Positions 46,544 to 56,846 of a stretch of 64,000 nt of DNA are shown piece after piece. Within the stretch, counting starts at the first letter, position 1. Each line of letters starts with the position of its first letter. Under the pieces are notes generated by a model. That model was not told the DNA's origin. It worked only from the letters and a program-made list of their open reading frames with translations, and made no database searches. Position numbers and translations under genes: made by a program. The stretch is from Candidatus Acidiferrales bacterium (GTDB lineage Bacteria > Acidobacteriota > Terriglobia > Acidiferrales > UBA7541), in contig CAVVJG010000032.1 of assembly GCA_963748365.1 (NCBI GenBank), forward strand, positions 333,717-397,716, read 5' to 3'.

Positions 46544-47242
46544 TTACTTGCCTGAGGAGGCGTTTTTTGGAGACTTCTTGTTGAGGTAGGCGACCATCTT
46601 CTGCGCCGAGGATGGGACAGAAACAGCACCCTTGAAGACGATGTCTTGCGCGCTAACACGCTTATGATAGAGGTCGTCGTTGGCGGAATTGTCAGGCCGA
46701 ACGGAGGAGCCGGCGAGAGAAACTCCGGCAAACAGACCTCGCGCGCGCGAATAGGAAAGGATCTCAGCGCGCATCGTGACGTCTGTGGACGCTTCAGCAT
46801 TGCGGCCTTTGGGTCCTGCTGCAGCGGAGGCATCTGCCCCTAATTTCACTTTGCTGGAAAGTATCGCTTTGGCTCCACGTTCATTCATTACCAGCAGAAC
46901 AAAGTCTGTGGCCTGGCCACCGATCTGGAAACCCACACTTCCGCCCTCAAGGGCCATCATGGTAGGAGCGCTCCAGGGTCCGTTGAAATTCTCTCCGGAG
47001 CGGCAGAGCATCGCGCCACGCCCGTAGCTTCCACCGAAAATAAAAGCGGCCTTGAGGACGGACGGATAGACAATCACGCAGTCGGCTTTATCGATAAGTT
47101 CCTGCGGAATATTATCGGGGATTTCCATAATTTCCTGGATGACCATGCCGCAATTCTCCAGCCGGTCGTTGATCTTGTCGCCCGCCTGAAGTGGAAGAGC
47201 AAGCAGTGCGAGAGTCAGGAGTAATGAAAAGAGCTTTTTCAT
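46544..47242 (-). CDS. Lipid-binding SYLF/Ysc84 domain protein (secreted)
   Basis: KAAFIFGGSYGRG, GGSVGFQIGGQATDFVL, KLGADASAAAGPKGR, YSRARGLFAGVSL. Confidence 0.92.
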   Translation of the reverse strand: MKKLFSLLLTLALLALPLQAGDKINDRLENCGMVIQEIMEIPDNIPQELIDKADCVIVYPSVLKAAFIFGGSYGRGAMLCRSGENFNGPWSAPTMMALEGGSVGFQIGGQATDFVLLVMNERGAKAILSSKVKLGADASAAAGPKGRNAEASTDVTMRAEILSYSRARGLFAGVSLAGSSVRPDNSANDDLYHKRVSAQDIVFKGAVSVPSSAQKMVAYLNKKSPKNASSGK

Positions 47243-47425
47243 GCGTTTTTCACCTTTTCGGACTGCATAGTAACGTTTAGCAAACATCGGAACGAACTGG
47301 GCAGTAAATTTGACGGCGGAGTCAGCGCTTGCTCAGCCCGGTACCCGTCCACGAAGTCTCAAGGGATGGGTCCCCGTAGACTTTCGAATATACTTTCAGA
47401 TGTTGGAATTTGCCATAGGGGATTT

Positions 47426-49006
47426 ATGAACGGAAAAGCGGTGCGAATAGTGGCGAAGCTCACGGTCCTTTCCGTGGTCTTTGCGGGATTATCGGCACTG
47501 CCGAGAGAATGTGCCGCGCAAGCCGACCATGGCACAGCGGCAAAGGCCGGAAGCGCATCCGCGGCTGCGAGTTTTGCCGTAAGAGTCGACCAGGTGTCTG
47601 GAGTAGCGCCGGTAAACAAAGGGGAGTGGGGAATTCTGATTGTCGACGCGGCAACGGGGGAGATGCTTTACGAAAGGAACGCAGACTCTTATTTCGTGCC
47701 CGCATCCAACATGAAGCTTTTGACCACTGCATTGGCGTTGGACACGCTTGGCCTTGGATACAGGTTTCGCACAACCATCGAGACCAACGGGAAAGTGGAA
47801 GAAGGGATTCTGAAAGGCGATTTAGTCCTGGTGGGCCGGGGCGATCCGAACCTCTCCAATCGCAAATTTCCGTTCGATACCAAGGAAGAGTTTGATGGAC
47901 CTCCGGAACGAGCTCTGAATGAATTAGCGGATCAGGTCGTGGCGCACGGCGTGAAAGAGATCAGTGGAGATATTGTGGGGGACGACAGTTATTTCCCGCG
48001 CGAACGCTACCCCGATGGATGGGAAATCGATGACATGGTGTGGGAGTACGGCGCCGCAATTTCCGCGATCGTGGTGGACGACAACACCGTCAGGCTGACA
48101 CTGACGCCAGGCGAGAAAGCCGGTGATGCAGTGCTGGCGAGCATGGAACCGGTAACTCCCGAATTTGAAGTGAAGAATGAAGTGAAGACTGTCAGCGCGA
48201 AGGAAAAGGGCGAATTGCGGCTGACGCGCGAACCCGGCGCCAACGTCGTGGTCGTCAGCGGCACGATGTCCGCCGGAAGCACGACACGTAAACTGATTCT
48301 GGCTATTCAGGAACCGGCGCAACATGCGGCTAGCATTCTGGCCAGGCAACTGGCGGAGCGCGGGGTGAAGTTCAGCGGAAAAATCCGCGCCAGTCACGAA
48401 GCAAATCCTGAGGACGGACCGCGTACCGTGCTGGCGGAGCATCTTTCCCTGCCGCTCGGCGAGACGGTTACGCTGGTGAACAAGATCAGCCAGAATCTGC
48501 ACACGGAAATTCTTCTGCGCGCATCCGCCAGACAACAAGGCCGGTGGCAGACTCCCGAAGAGTTGGCCAAATTTCCCGAAGCCTTTTATGCCAAAGTGGG
48601 GATTGCGCCCGAAGATGTGATCCAGACGGATGGGTCGGGCTTGTCGCGCCACGATATGGTGACGCCGCGCGCGCTCGTTACGCTTCTGCAGTACGCACAG
48701 AAGCAGCCATGGTTTTCCGCACTCTATGCATCATTGCCAGTTGCGGGGGTGGACGGTACGCTCACGGATCGAATGAAGAATGCGGGTGTCACCGGGAAGA
48801 TCCATGCGAAGACGGGTTCCGTCACGCACGTGCGAACGCTTTCCGGTTATGCAGAAACCATCCATGGACGGAAACTCATCTTTTCGTTCCTGAGCAATAA
48901 TCAGGGCGCAACCGGCCACGAAATCCACGAAGCAATTGACGGGTTGTGCCTGGCGATGATTGAAGAATTTGATGTGCCGGAAAATGGGGTTAAAGAGGCG
49001 AAGTAG
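47426..49006 (+). CDS. dacB: D-alanyl-D-alanine carboxypeptidase/endopeptidase (PBP4, peptidase S13)
   Basis: PASNMKLLT (SxxK), GRGDPNL, SQNLHTE (SxN), DGSGLSR, HAKTGS. Confidence 0.93.
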   Translation: MNGKAVRIVAKLTVLSVVFAGLSALPRECAAQADHGTAAKAGSASAAASFAVRVDQVSGVAPVNKGEWGILIVDAATGEMLYERNADSYFVPASNMKLLTTALALDTLGLGYRFRTTIETNGKVEEGILKGDLVLVGRGDPNLSNRKFPFDTKEEFDGPPERALNELADQVVAHGVKEISGDIVGDDSYFPRERYPDGWEIDDMVWEYGAAISAIVVDDNTVRLTLTPGEKAGDAVLASMEPVTPEFEVKNEVKTVSAKEKGELRLTREPGANVVVVSGTMSAGSTTRKLILAIQEPAQHAASILARQLAERGVKFSGKIRASHEANPEDGPRTVLAEHLSLPLGETVTLVNKISQNLHTEILLRASARQQGRWQTPEELAKFPEAFYAKVGIAPEDVIQTDGSGLSRHDMVTPRALVTLLQYAQKQPWFSALYASLPVAGVDGTLTDRMKNAGVTGKIHAKTGSVTHVRTLSGYAETIHGRKLIFSFLSNNQGATGHEIHEAIDGLCLAMIEEFDVPENGVKEAK

Positions 49007-49018
49007 GAAAGTGAAACC

Positions 49019-49591
49019 ATGGGCAAAGAAAAAATAATTACTGTGTTTGGCAGTTCGCGGCCAGAAGAGAACGATCCCGACTATCGCGAGGCACGCGAAC
49101 TGGGGAAGGCGCTGGCGCGTGGTGGATTCGCGGTATGCAGCGGCGGCTATGGCGGAGTGATGGAAGGAGTATCGAAAGGCGCAAAGGAAGCAGGCGGAAA
49201 AACGTACGGGGTGACAGCGGAATTTTTTGCGCGGAAAGCGAATGAATGGGTGGATGTAGAAGTCCGCAAGAAAACCTGGGAAGAAAGATTGTTTTCGTTG
49301 ATCGAACTGGGCGATGGCTTCGTGGCATGTAAGGGCGGAACGGGAACGTTGGTGGAATTGGCGGTGGTTTGGGAAATGTTGAACAAGTCAGTGATGCCGA
49401 CAAAACCTTTTGCGGTGTGCGGCGATTTCTGGCAACCGATTCTGGATCGCGTTCGCGAAGTGGAGATGGACGCGCGGCCATCGACGGAGGCCCCGAAGTG
49501 GGGCGAAGCAAAAGCGCAGTTGGTGAAGAGCGCAAAAACACTAGAGGAAGTGGTGAAATATCTGGCGGCGCATCTAAAAGACGGGAAATAA
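49019..49591 (+). CDS. LOG family protein
   Basis: TVFGSS, SGGYGGVMEGVSKGA, ERLFSLIE, GGTGTLVEL. Confidence 0.88.
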   Translation: MGKEKIITVFGSSRPEENDPDYREARELGKALARGGFAVCSGGYGGVMEGVSKGAKEAGGKTYGVTAEFFARKANEWVDVEVRKKTWEERLFSLIELGDGFVACKGGTGTLVELAVVWEMLNKSVMPTKPFAVCGDFWQPILDRVREVEMDARPSTEAPKWGEAKAQLVKSAKTLEEVVKYLAAHLKDGK

Positions 49592-52003
49592 ATGTCGCGA
49601 TTGGTTCAAGACGTATTGGAATTCGACAAGCTGCGGGAATTGCTGAGGTTGCGGACCACCTGCGCTCCCGGACGGCGGCGCATGAATGAGCTGGAACCGG
49701 GAACGGATCGTGGTGCGTTGGAAGACGCGTTCGCGCGAATCCGTGAGGCCAACGAATGGCTGCGCATGGGAAGGGAACTGGGATTCGGCGCATTGTCAGA
49801 CCCGGAGGGATGGCTGGCTCGGCTGGACGCTCCCGGCGTAGTGTTGGAAGCGAAGGAGTTTCTGGACGCGGGCTCGTTGCTGGAAACGGCGGCTTGGTTG
49901 AAAGTCCAGTTTCGAGAAGATGCAGTGAAGTTCCCTCTGCTCGCGGCGCAATCGAGTGCACTTGGGGATTTTCGTGAACTATTAGCCACTATTAAGAGAT
50001 GCATTCTGCCGAATGGTGAGATCAGCGACGATGCATCGGCGACGTTGCGGCGGATTCGCGCCAGCATCCTGCAAACGCGAGACGCGATTCAGAGAACGCT
50101 TAAGCAGATTCTGCGCTCGCGGCAAGCGGAGTCGGGAGAAGACTACGTAACGCTGAGGAATGATCGCTTCGTGATTCCGGTGCGTTCGGAGCACCGGCGC
50201 AGCGTGCAGGGGGTGATCCATGGAGCGAGCGCTACGGGGCAGACGGTCTTTGTGGAGCCGTTCGAGACGGTCGAAACAAATAACCAACTGGTACAACTTG
50301 CCGAAGATGAAGCGGCGGAGATTTTCCGCATTCTGAAGGAACTCACAGAGCGATTGCAGCGAGTCAGTGGTCCGTTGCAGGATGCAGCGCGAACGATTGC
50401 GGACATCGACAGTATCTTTGCGCGCGGACGATTTGCGAAAGACTTCGATGCGTGCTTACCGGAATTTACCGAGGCTACGGAGTTGCGGCTGGATTCGGCG
50501 CGACATCCTGTGCTGGAAGACAAGTTGCGGCGTGAAGCTCGCGCGATTGTGCCGATGTCGCTGGCGATGGGCGGGGAGGAAAGATTGCTGGTAATCAGCG
50601 GCCCGAATACCGGCGGGAAAACGGTGGCGCTGAAAACGATGGGGCTGGCGGCGCTTTCCGCCCAGTCTGGTGTACCCGTCGCGGCGCAGAAGGCAGTGTT
50701 TCCCCTGTTCGACCGCGTGCTGGTGGATATCGGCGACGAACAATCGATTGCCGCGGACCTTTCGACATTTTCCGCGCACATGCTGAATCTGAAATCGATG
50801 CTGGAAGAAGCTAAACCGAAATCGCTGGTGCTGCTGGATGAAATCGGGACGGGAACTGCACCAGAAGAGGGAGCGGCATTGGCCGAGGCGCTGCTCGACG
50901 AATTCCACAAGAAGAATTGCTTTGTAATGGCCACCACGCACCACGACCGGCTGAAGACTTATGCATCGACGACACCCGGCGTGATGAACGCGGCCGTGGA
51001 GTTTGACGACATGAATCTGCGACCAACGTACCGGCTGATGTTGGGAGTGCCGGGTGGCTCAAGCGGAATCGCAATTGCGCAGCGCCTGGGCTTGCCGAAG
51101 GACATTATCGAGCGGGCGCGCGAGTTGATGACGCCGGAATCGCACGAGGCGGCGGATTTGATTGCGTACCTTCACCGCAGCCGCGATGAACTGGACCGGC
51201 TGCGCGTGCAGATGGCGGAAGAGCGCCACGCATTAGAAAAAGAGCGCGAAAAACTACGCTCGGAATGGGTGGACCGACAGAAGTTACGGATCGCGCAACT
51301 GGAAAACAATTTTGCGGACATGCAGAAGCGGTACGAAGAGAATGTGGCGGCAATTGTTGAGGCGGTGAAAGACCGCGAGTTGCGCAAGCAACTGGAGAAA
51401 ACAACCGGACGCAAGTTGCGCGATGTGCGGGTCGAAGCGAAGGAAGAGTTAAACGCCGCGGTGGTACAGACAATTTCCGAGTCGCAGAAGGACTTGGGAT
51501 TAAAGACGGAAATGTCGAACGCGGTAAGCGTGGGAAAATTGCAGCCAGGGGCAAAGATACGTGTGCGCGGATTCAGCAAGCCGGTAATCTTTCGGCGGCT
51601 CGATGGTTCGTCGGCGGAAATCGAAGCGGGACCGCTGCGCATGAAGGTGGCGCTGGAGGAAATCACCGGAGTGGAAGAAGCCGTGGCGGGAAGAGTGGCA
51701 ATACAACCGTCGAAGCGCGATAACGTTACCGTCACTTCGCAATCGAGTGACCAGGCGTCGACCGGGGAGATTAACGTCATCGGCATGACAGTGGAACAGG
51801 CCAGTGAACTCGTCGATAAATTTCTGGATGAATCGGTTTTGGCGAGTCGAACGCGGGTGCGTATTATTCACGGGCACGGAACGGGAGCGTTGCGACGGGG
51901 ACTGGCGGAATTCTTGAAAACGCACCCATCCGTGGCTCAGGCGGCGTTTGAGACGGAAGAGCACGGCGGCAAAGCCATCACGGTTGTAGAATTGCGGCTG
52001 TAA
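49592..52003 (+). CDS. mutS2: MutS2 (endonuclease/ribosome-collision factor) with C-terminal Smr domain
   Basis: ISGPNTGGKT, IGDEQSI, LSTFSAHM, LLDEIGTGT, TTH; Smr IIHGHGTGALR; no N-terminal mismatch-binding domain. Confidence 0.94.
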   Translation: MSRLVQDVLEFDKLRELLRLRTTCAPGRRRMNELEPGTDRGALEDAFARIREANEWLRMGRELGFGALSDPEGWLARLDAPGVVLEAKEFLDAGSLLETAAWLKVQFREDAVKFPLLAAQSSALGDFRELLATIKRCILPNGEISDDASATLRRIRASILQTRDAIQRTLKQILRSRQAESGEDYVTLRNDRFVIPVRSEHRRSVQGVIHGASATGQTVFVEPFETVETNNQLVQLAEDEAAEIFRILKELTERLQRVSGPLQDAARTIADIDSIFARGRFAKDFDACLPEFTEATELRLDSARHPVLEDKLRREARAIVPMSLAMGGEERLLVISGPNTGGKTVALKTMGLAALSAQSGVPVAAQKAVFPLFDRVLVDIGDEQSIAADLSTFSAHMLNLKSMLEEAKPKSLVLLDEIGTGTAPEEGAALAEALLDEFHKKNCFVMATTHHDRLKTYASTTPGVMNAAVEFDDMNLRPTYRLMLGVPGGSSGIAIAQRLGLPKDIIERARELMTPESHEAADLIAYLHRSRDELDRLRVQMAEERHALEKEREKLRSEWVDRQKLRIAQLENNFADMQKRYEENVAAIVEAVKDRELRKQLEKTTGRKLRDVRVEAKEELNAAVVQTISESQKDLGLKTEMSNAVSVGKLQPGAKIRVRGFSKPVIFRRLDGSSAEIEAGPLRMKVALEEITGVEEAVAGRVAIQPSKRDNVTVTSQSSDQASTGEINVIGMTVEQASELVDKFLDESVLASRTRVRIIHGHGTGALRRGLAEFLKTHPSVAQAAFETEEHGGKAITVVELRL

Positions 52004-52005
52004 CC

Positions 52006-53781
52006 ATGGCAGAAGCAGGTTCATTCGCCGATCGGGTGAAGCAGCAGGCGGACATCGTTCGCGTGGTGGGCGAATACGTGCGCCTGAAGAAGAGCGGACA
52101 GAACTTCACGGCCTTGTGTCCGTTCCATGGAGAGAAGTCGCCATCGTTTGCGGTGCATCCGGTAAAGCAGATTTTTCATTGTTTTGGCTGCGGCAAGGGC
52201 GGAGACGTTTTCAGTTTTGTGATGGAGATGGAGAAGTGCCAGTTCCCGGAAGCGGTACGGCTGGTGGCGGAAAAGTGCGGCATCGCGATTCCGAAACCGA
52301 AGGCGAGTTCACCGGAAGAGCGCAAGGAAAATCAGCAGCGCGCGGCGCTGGTGGAGATTCACCGGGAAGCACAAGCATTTTTTGTGAAGCAACTGGAGAC
52401 CACGGCGGAGGGAAAGGTAGCGAAAGCGTATCTGGAAGATCGCGGGCTGAACGCGGAGGCGATCACACGCTTTGGGATCGGCTATGCGCCGAGCGGTGGA
52501 GATGTACTGCTGCGCGCGCTAAAGCCGAAGTATGCAGACAAATTGCTGGCGGATTCGGGACTGGTCTCGCGCGATCAAAATATTACCGGGAGAATGTTCG
52601 ATCGGTTCCGTCGCCGGATTACTTTTCCCATCGCGAACGAATCAGGAAAAATTGTGGCATTTGGGTGCAGGGCGCTGGGCGACGACCTGCCGAAATATCT
52701 GAATTCGCCGGAAACGCCGATCTATTCGAAAAGCAATGTGTTGTACCACATGGATAGGGCGAAGGAGCCGATCCGGCGGCAGGATTTCGCGGTGCTGGTG
52801 GAAGGCTATATGGACGCGATTGCCGTGGCGTGCGCTGGCGTTGGAAATGTCGTGGCCAGTTGTGGCACCAGCCTTGCCGAACCGCAAATCAAACTGTTGG
52901 GACGGTTCACGAAGCGCATCATCGTTAACTACGATCCAGATACCGCCGGACAGACGGCGACGGAGCGCTCTCTTACATTACTGCTGGAGCAGGATTTTGA
53001 AGTGCGAGTGCTGGCGCTGCCGCCAATTGGAAACAAAAAGGCGGACCCGGACCTGTTCATCCGCGAACGCGGAGCAGAGGCGTATATCAAAGCGCTGAAG
53101 GAAGCGCCGCCGTACGTCGATTATTTGATCGCCCGGGCCCAACAGATGGATTTGTCTACAGCGGAAGGGAAACTGCGAGCACTGAACTTTCTGCTTCCTT
53201 ATGTACAGAGAATCCCTAACCGTTTCCTACGCTCGGAATGGGCGACGAGGATTTCGCAACAGTTGCGGGTGGACGAGCCGGTCCTGCGCGCGGCGCTGCG
53301 AAAAGCAGCCGACGAGCGGCGCAGCGATGTGAAAACGCAACCGGAGTTGATTGGTAAAGCCGCCAAGCCGCTGGAACGCCGATTAATCCGGATGCTGGTG
53401 GAGGCGGAGGATTTCAGGCGAGAACTGGCGCGCCGGTTGCAAGAAGAACGGCTGTATGAAGGCCTGGAGACCGAGAAGATCTTTGCCGCGTTGATTGTGG
53501 CAGGCCTTTCCGACCAGTCGATGGAAGCGGCCGAAATTGGGGGGTTGCTGGAGGACCGGGACAGACGGGTATTTTTCGAGATACTTTTTGAGCCCACACA
53601 AACGCCGTCGTGGGAAGAGGCGGAAAGCTGCCTGGAAGCACTGAAGCGGCGCAAGCTGGAACAAGAGTTGGGGCAGCTACAGAGGGACATAGAGGCTAAT
53701 GCTGCCAGTCCAAACCTGCGTGAGCTTTTGACGCGAAAACAGGAATTATTGAAACGTATGGCACCGGGAAACCATCCATAA
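52006..53781 (+). CDS. dnaG: DNA primase
   Basis: LCPFHGEKSPSF...FHCFGC zinc finger, KYLNSPET, VEGYMD, YDPDTAG, DPD TOPRIM motifs. Confidence 0.97.
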   Translation: MAEAGSFADRVKQQADIVRVVGEYVRLKKSGQNFTALCPFHGEKSPSFAVHPVKQIFHCFGCGKGGDVFSFVMEMEKCQFPEAVRLVAEKCGIAIPKPKASSPEERKENQQRAALVEIHREAQAFFVKQLETTAEGKVAKAYLEDRGLNAEAITRFGIGYAPSGGDVLLRALKPKYADKLLADSGLVSRDQNITGRMFDRFRRRITFPIANESGKIVAFGCRALGDDLPKYLNSPETPIYSKSNVLYHMDRAKEPIRRQDFAVLVEGYMDAIAVACAGVGNVVASCGTSLAEPQIKLLGRFTKRIIVNYDPDTAGQTATERSLTLLLEQDFEVRVLALPPIGNKKADPDLFIRERGAEAYIKALKEAPPYVDYLIARAQQMDLSTAEGKLRALNFLLPYVQRIPNRFLRSEWATRISQQLRVDEPVLRAALRKAADERRSDVKTQPELIGKAAKPLERRLIRMLVEAEDFRRELARRLQEERLYEGLETEKIFAALIVAGLSDQSMEAAEIGGLLEDRDRRVFFEILFEPTQTPSWEEAESCLEALKRRKLEQELGQLQRDIEANAASPNLRELLTRKQELLKRMAPGNHP

Positions 53782-53832
53782 ATTAAGAGAATGCGGCGGG
53801 ATGTCGCAACCCTGGAACGGGGGAGGAAGTAA

Positions 53833-53867
53833 TTGACTTGACACGACTTAAGCGTGTAGCGTAGAAG
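53833..53867 (+). promoter_or_regulatory. Probable internal rpoD promoter
   Basis: Overlapping TTGACT and TTGACA, followed at 18 nt by TAGCGT or TAGAAG respectively. Confidence 0.4.
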
Positions 53868-54139
53868 GGTTGAGCAGATAACGGTTTCGCTCTGCAGAGC
53901 ATCCAAATGTTTGTAGAAGATGCAACGCGACCGTAGTGCCAGAGCGCGTCAGGCGGTAAGCGTGGGGCAGCGGCGGGCAGACATCGCTCATAGGGCTTCA
54001 CCGAGACAATTGAAATCTTTACGAGGGAATGATGATGATGTCCTTCTGTCCGTCATGGGATTTTTCGACGTCGTCCCAACGGAGTGAGATGAATTGTGAC
54101 TCTCGGCGCATTACGAGATTGAAGTAAGAAATTTGGAGG

Positions 54140-55894
54140 ATGGTTGTGGCGGCTTCGGGACTTGAGGAAAAGTATGATGCAGTAAAACAGCTGATCGCGG
54201 TCGGCAAAGAGCGCGGCTATCTGCTGTATGACGAAGTGAATGATTCGCTTCCCGCGGAAGTGCATTCCTCCGAGGAAATTGACGATCTACTGACCACGTT
54301 TGAACGGAATGGCATCGAGATTTACGAAGATGCCGCTTCGGCCAAGGCGGCGCGCGCAGTGGAAGTTTCCGTGGAACGCGGCGACCGCGACGGTGCGGTG
54401 AAGGATGACACGCACGCAGAAGAAGGTGCAAGCGGAAGCGACCTCGACCTGACGCCCGGCTCGCTGGAAAAAACGAACGATCCTGTGAGGATGTATTTGC
54501 GGGAAATGGGCACAGTGCCGCTGTTGACGCGCGAAGGTGAAGTAACCATCGCGAAGCGGATTGAACGCGGTCAATTGGTGGTGATGAAGGCCATTACGCG
54601 TTCGCCGATCGTCATCAAAGAATTGATTGCGGTTGGCGACGACCTGCGCAAAGGCGCGCGCTCGATCAAGGAAATTGTTCAGTTTGACGATGAAGAGCTG
54701 ACCGAAGAAAAGATCGCGAACAAGACCAAGCAGACACTGAAGTACATCGAAAAAATTGCAAAGTTATACGATACGGCGCTGAAGCAGGCCGTAAAGCTGG
54801 ACAAAACCCCTAAAGCGAAAAAAAAGCCGTACATCCATGCAAAGTGGGATGTGGCACGCACGCGTATCCAGATTTCGCTGGAAATCCGCGACATTGATTT
54901 CAACCCGTTCGAGAAGAAACGGCTGATTGACAAGATGCGCGGTACGGTGGAGCGCTTGCAGTCGTTGGAGCGCGAAGCAGGCCGGCTGGAGCGCCGCGCT
55001 GATGTTTCCAAGGGCGATAACGCGACGGAAGCGCGCCGCGAATTGCGCACCCGCCGTTCGGAACTGAAAGACATTGAGGAAGCCAGCGAAGTCGGATTGA
55101 CGGAACTGAAGCGCACACTGACCATTATTCATCGCGGCGAAGCGGAAGCGGAGCAGGCCAAGAAAGAATTGATTGAGGCCAACCTTCGACTGGTGGTTTC
55201 GATCGCGAAAAAATATACCAACCGCGGGCTGCAGTTCCTGGACTTGATTCAGGAAGGCAACATCGGTTTGATGAAGGCTGTGGACAAGTTTGAATGGCGC
55301 CGCGGGTATAAGTTTTCGACGTATGCCACATGGTGGATTCGGCAGGCGATTACACGCGCGATTGCCGACCAGGCACGCACGATTCGTATTCCTGTACACA
55401 TGATCGAAACGATCAACAAACTGGTGCGCACCAGCCGCCAGTTGGTGCAGGAGCTTGGCCGTGAACCGACCAGTGAAGAGATTGCCAAGCGCATGGACAT
55501 TCCGGTGTCCAAGGTGCGCAAGATTTTGAAGATCGCGCAAGAGCCCATTTCGCTGGAAACCCCGATTGGCGAGGAAGAAGATTCGCATCTTGGCGATTTC
55601 ATCGAAGACAAGGCGGTGGTTTCGCCGTCCGATGCGGTGATCAATCTGAATTTGAAGGAACAGACTTCTTCGGTGTTAAAAACTCTGACACCGCGCGAAG
55701 AAAAAGTAATCAAGATGCGCTTCGGGCTAGATGACGGCAGTGAGCACACCCTGGAAGAAGTGGGCCAGTCGTTCGCCGTTACGCGCGAACGCATCCGACA
55801 GATTGAAGCGAAGGCGCTGCGCAAGTTGCGTCATCCTTCGCGTTCGAGGAAGTTGCGCGCGTTTCTCGAAGGCCCCTCACGCGATTATCTATAG
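54140..55894 (+). CDS. rpoD: RNA polymerase primary sigma factor
   Basis: Region 1.1, [71 protein letters not shown]; GGAGG RBS. Confidence 0.98.
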   Translation: MVVAASGLEEKYDAVKQLIAVGKERGYLLYDEVNDSLPAEVHSSEEIDDLLTTFERNGIEIYEDAASAKAARAVEVSVERGDRDGAVKDDTHAEEGASGSDLDLTPGSLEKTNDPVRMYLREMGTVPLLTREGEVTIAKRIERGQLVVMKAITRSPIVIKELIAVGDDLRKGARSIKEIVQFDDEELTEEKIANKTKQTLKYIEKIAKLYDTALKQAVKLDKTPKAKKKPYIHAKWDVARTRIQISLEIRDIDFNPFEKKRLIDKMRGTVERLQSLEREAGRLERRADVSKGDNATEARRELRTRRSELKDIEEASEVGLTELKRTLTIIHRGEAEAEQAKKELIEANLRLVVSIAKKYTNRGLQFLDLIQEGNIGLMKAVDKFEWRRGYKFSTYATWWIRQAITRAIADQARTIRIPVHMIETINKLVRTSRQLVQELGREPTSEEIAKRMDIPVSKVRKILKIAQEPISLETPIGEEEDSHLGDFIEDKAVVSPSDAVINLNLKEQTSSVLKTLTPREEKVIKMRFGLDDGSEHTLEEVGQSFAVTRERIRQIEAKALRKLRHPSRSRKLRAFLEGPSRDYL

Positions 55895-55917
55895 AAGGAA
55901 TTCCAATGCGAAGCAGG

Positions 55918-55948
55918 AAAGCGCTCCGAAATACTTCGGGGCGTTTTT
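55918..55948. terminator. Terminator after rpoD (probably bidirectional)
   Basis: AAAGCGCTCCGAA-ATAC-TTCGGGGCGTTTTT. Confidence 0.75.
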
Positions 55949-55985
55949 CATTACCAGCGATATTCGGCGCCATTTCGATGGAGAA

Positions 55986-56528
55986 CTATTTCAGCGAGGG
56001 GTTGGGCATGGATGCCGGATCAGACGGCGGCACGTTATAAAAATGGCGCATGAAGCTGGTCAACCACAGGGTTAGGAAAAGAAAGAATCCTCCGAGGACA
56101 TACCACATTCCCCGAGTGTTAAAACGGCGGATTTTCGGCAGGTTGAAGTTGATCGCCTGAGAGACTGCGTAGAGAAGCACAAACAGCAACGCGCAACCGA
56201 ACCAGGCCATATAGGTACTGAAGAAGCGCCACGTTTCTTCACGGCGTTCCGGTGCAAGCCAATAGTCTCTGTGCGGCAGATTGATTTTGTCCGGGGAGCG
56301 TTTGCTGATGCCACGAACCACGAAAAAAGCGGGGATAGAAGTCAAAACGATAACGCTCAGGGTCAACATAAAGAAAACTGGTTTCGGCTGCCAGCCGTTT
56401 GGCGTGCCATCACCCGCGAAATGAGACGCCATGGTTTCGGGAAGTTGGGGATACATATTTACCCATTGAAGTAGACCCAGCACGAGCAACAGCAAATAGA
56501 TAAGGGTGGGAAGGCGCGAGCTGTTCAT
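55986..56528 (-). CDS. DUF1648-like membrane protein
   Basis: YPQLPETMASHFAGDGTPNGW motif, four TM helices, INLPHRDYW. Confidence 0.8.
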   Translation of the reverse strand: MNSSRLPTLIYLLLLVLGLLQWVNMYPQLPETMASHFAGDGTPNGWQPKPVFFMLTLSVIVLTSIPAFFVVRGISKRSPDKINLPHRDYWLAPERREETWRFFSTYMAWFGCALLFVLLYAVSQAINFNLPKIRRFNTRGMWYVLGGFFLFLTLWLTSFMRHFYNVPPSDPASMPNPSLK

Positions 56529-56846
56529 GGTGGAGACCCAGGGGAAAGGTTAGGCCTGTTGCGGTGTGCCCGCAATGGCCTTGCGTGGGAGTGTGTTCAG
56601 GGAGTTGTTGCGTTTTTGTGACATATTCACGGGAATGCAAATGGAGTCATGCCTGGAGTAGCGGGCATTTTTTTGCCGACCAACAGATTTCGGCGTTCTT
56701 GCGAACTTGAGGAGCCGGGATGCCGCGAGGCTAGAGGCTAACTAAACGCACCGCGTTCAAGAAGCCCTTGCCTTTCCGGCGGTAATCCGGGAAATTGGAA
56801 ATTCCCAGCACAATCAAGGTATGCAGGTTGGAGTGCTGGTCTCGTC

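Noticed and set aside
49038-49961. 307-aa Pro/Arg-rich minus-strand ORF
   Set aside because: Overlaps LOG and mutS2 on the opposite strand; composition typical of an off-frame read.
54764-55588. 274-aa minus-strand ORF
   Set aside because: Antisense shadow of rpoD.
56554-56582. Hairpin AGGCC-TGTTGCGG-TGTG-CCCGCAAT-GGCCT upstream of the DUF1648 gene
   Set aside because: Single imperfect stem with no U-tract, second copy or recognisable motif; too little to call.
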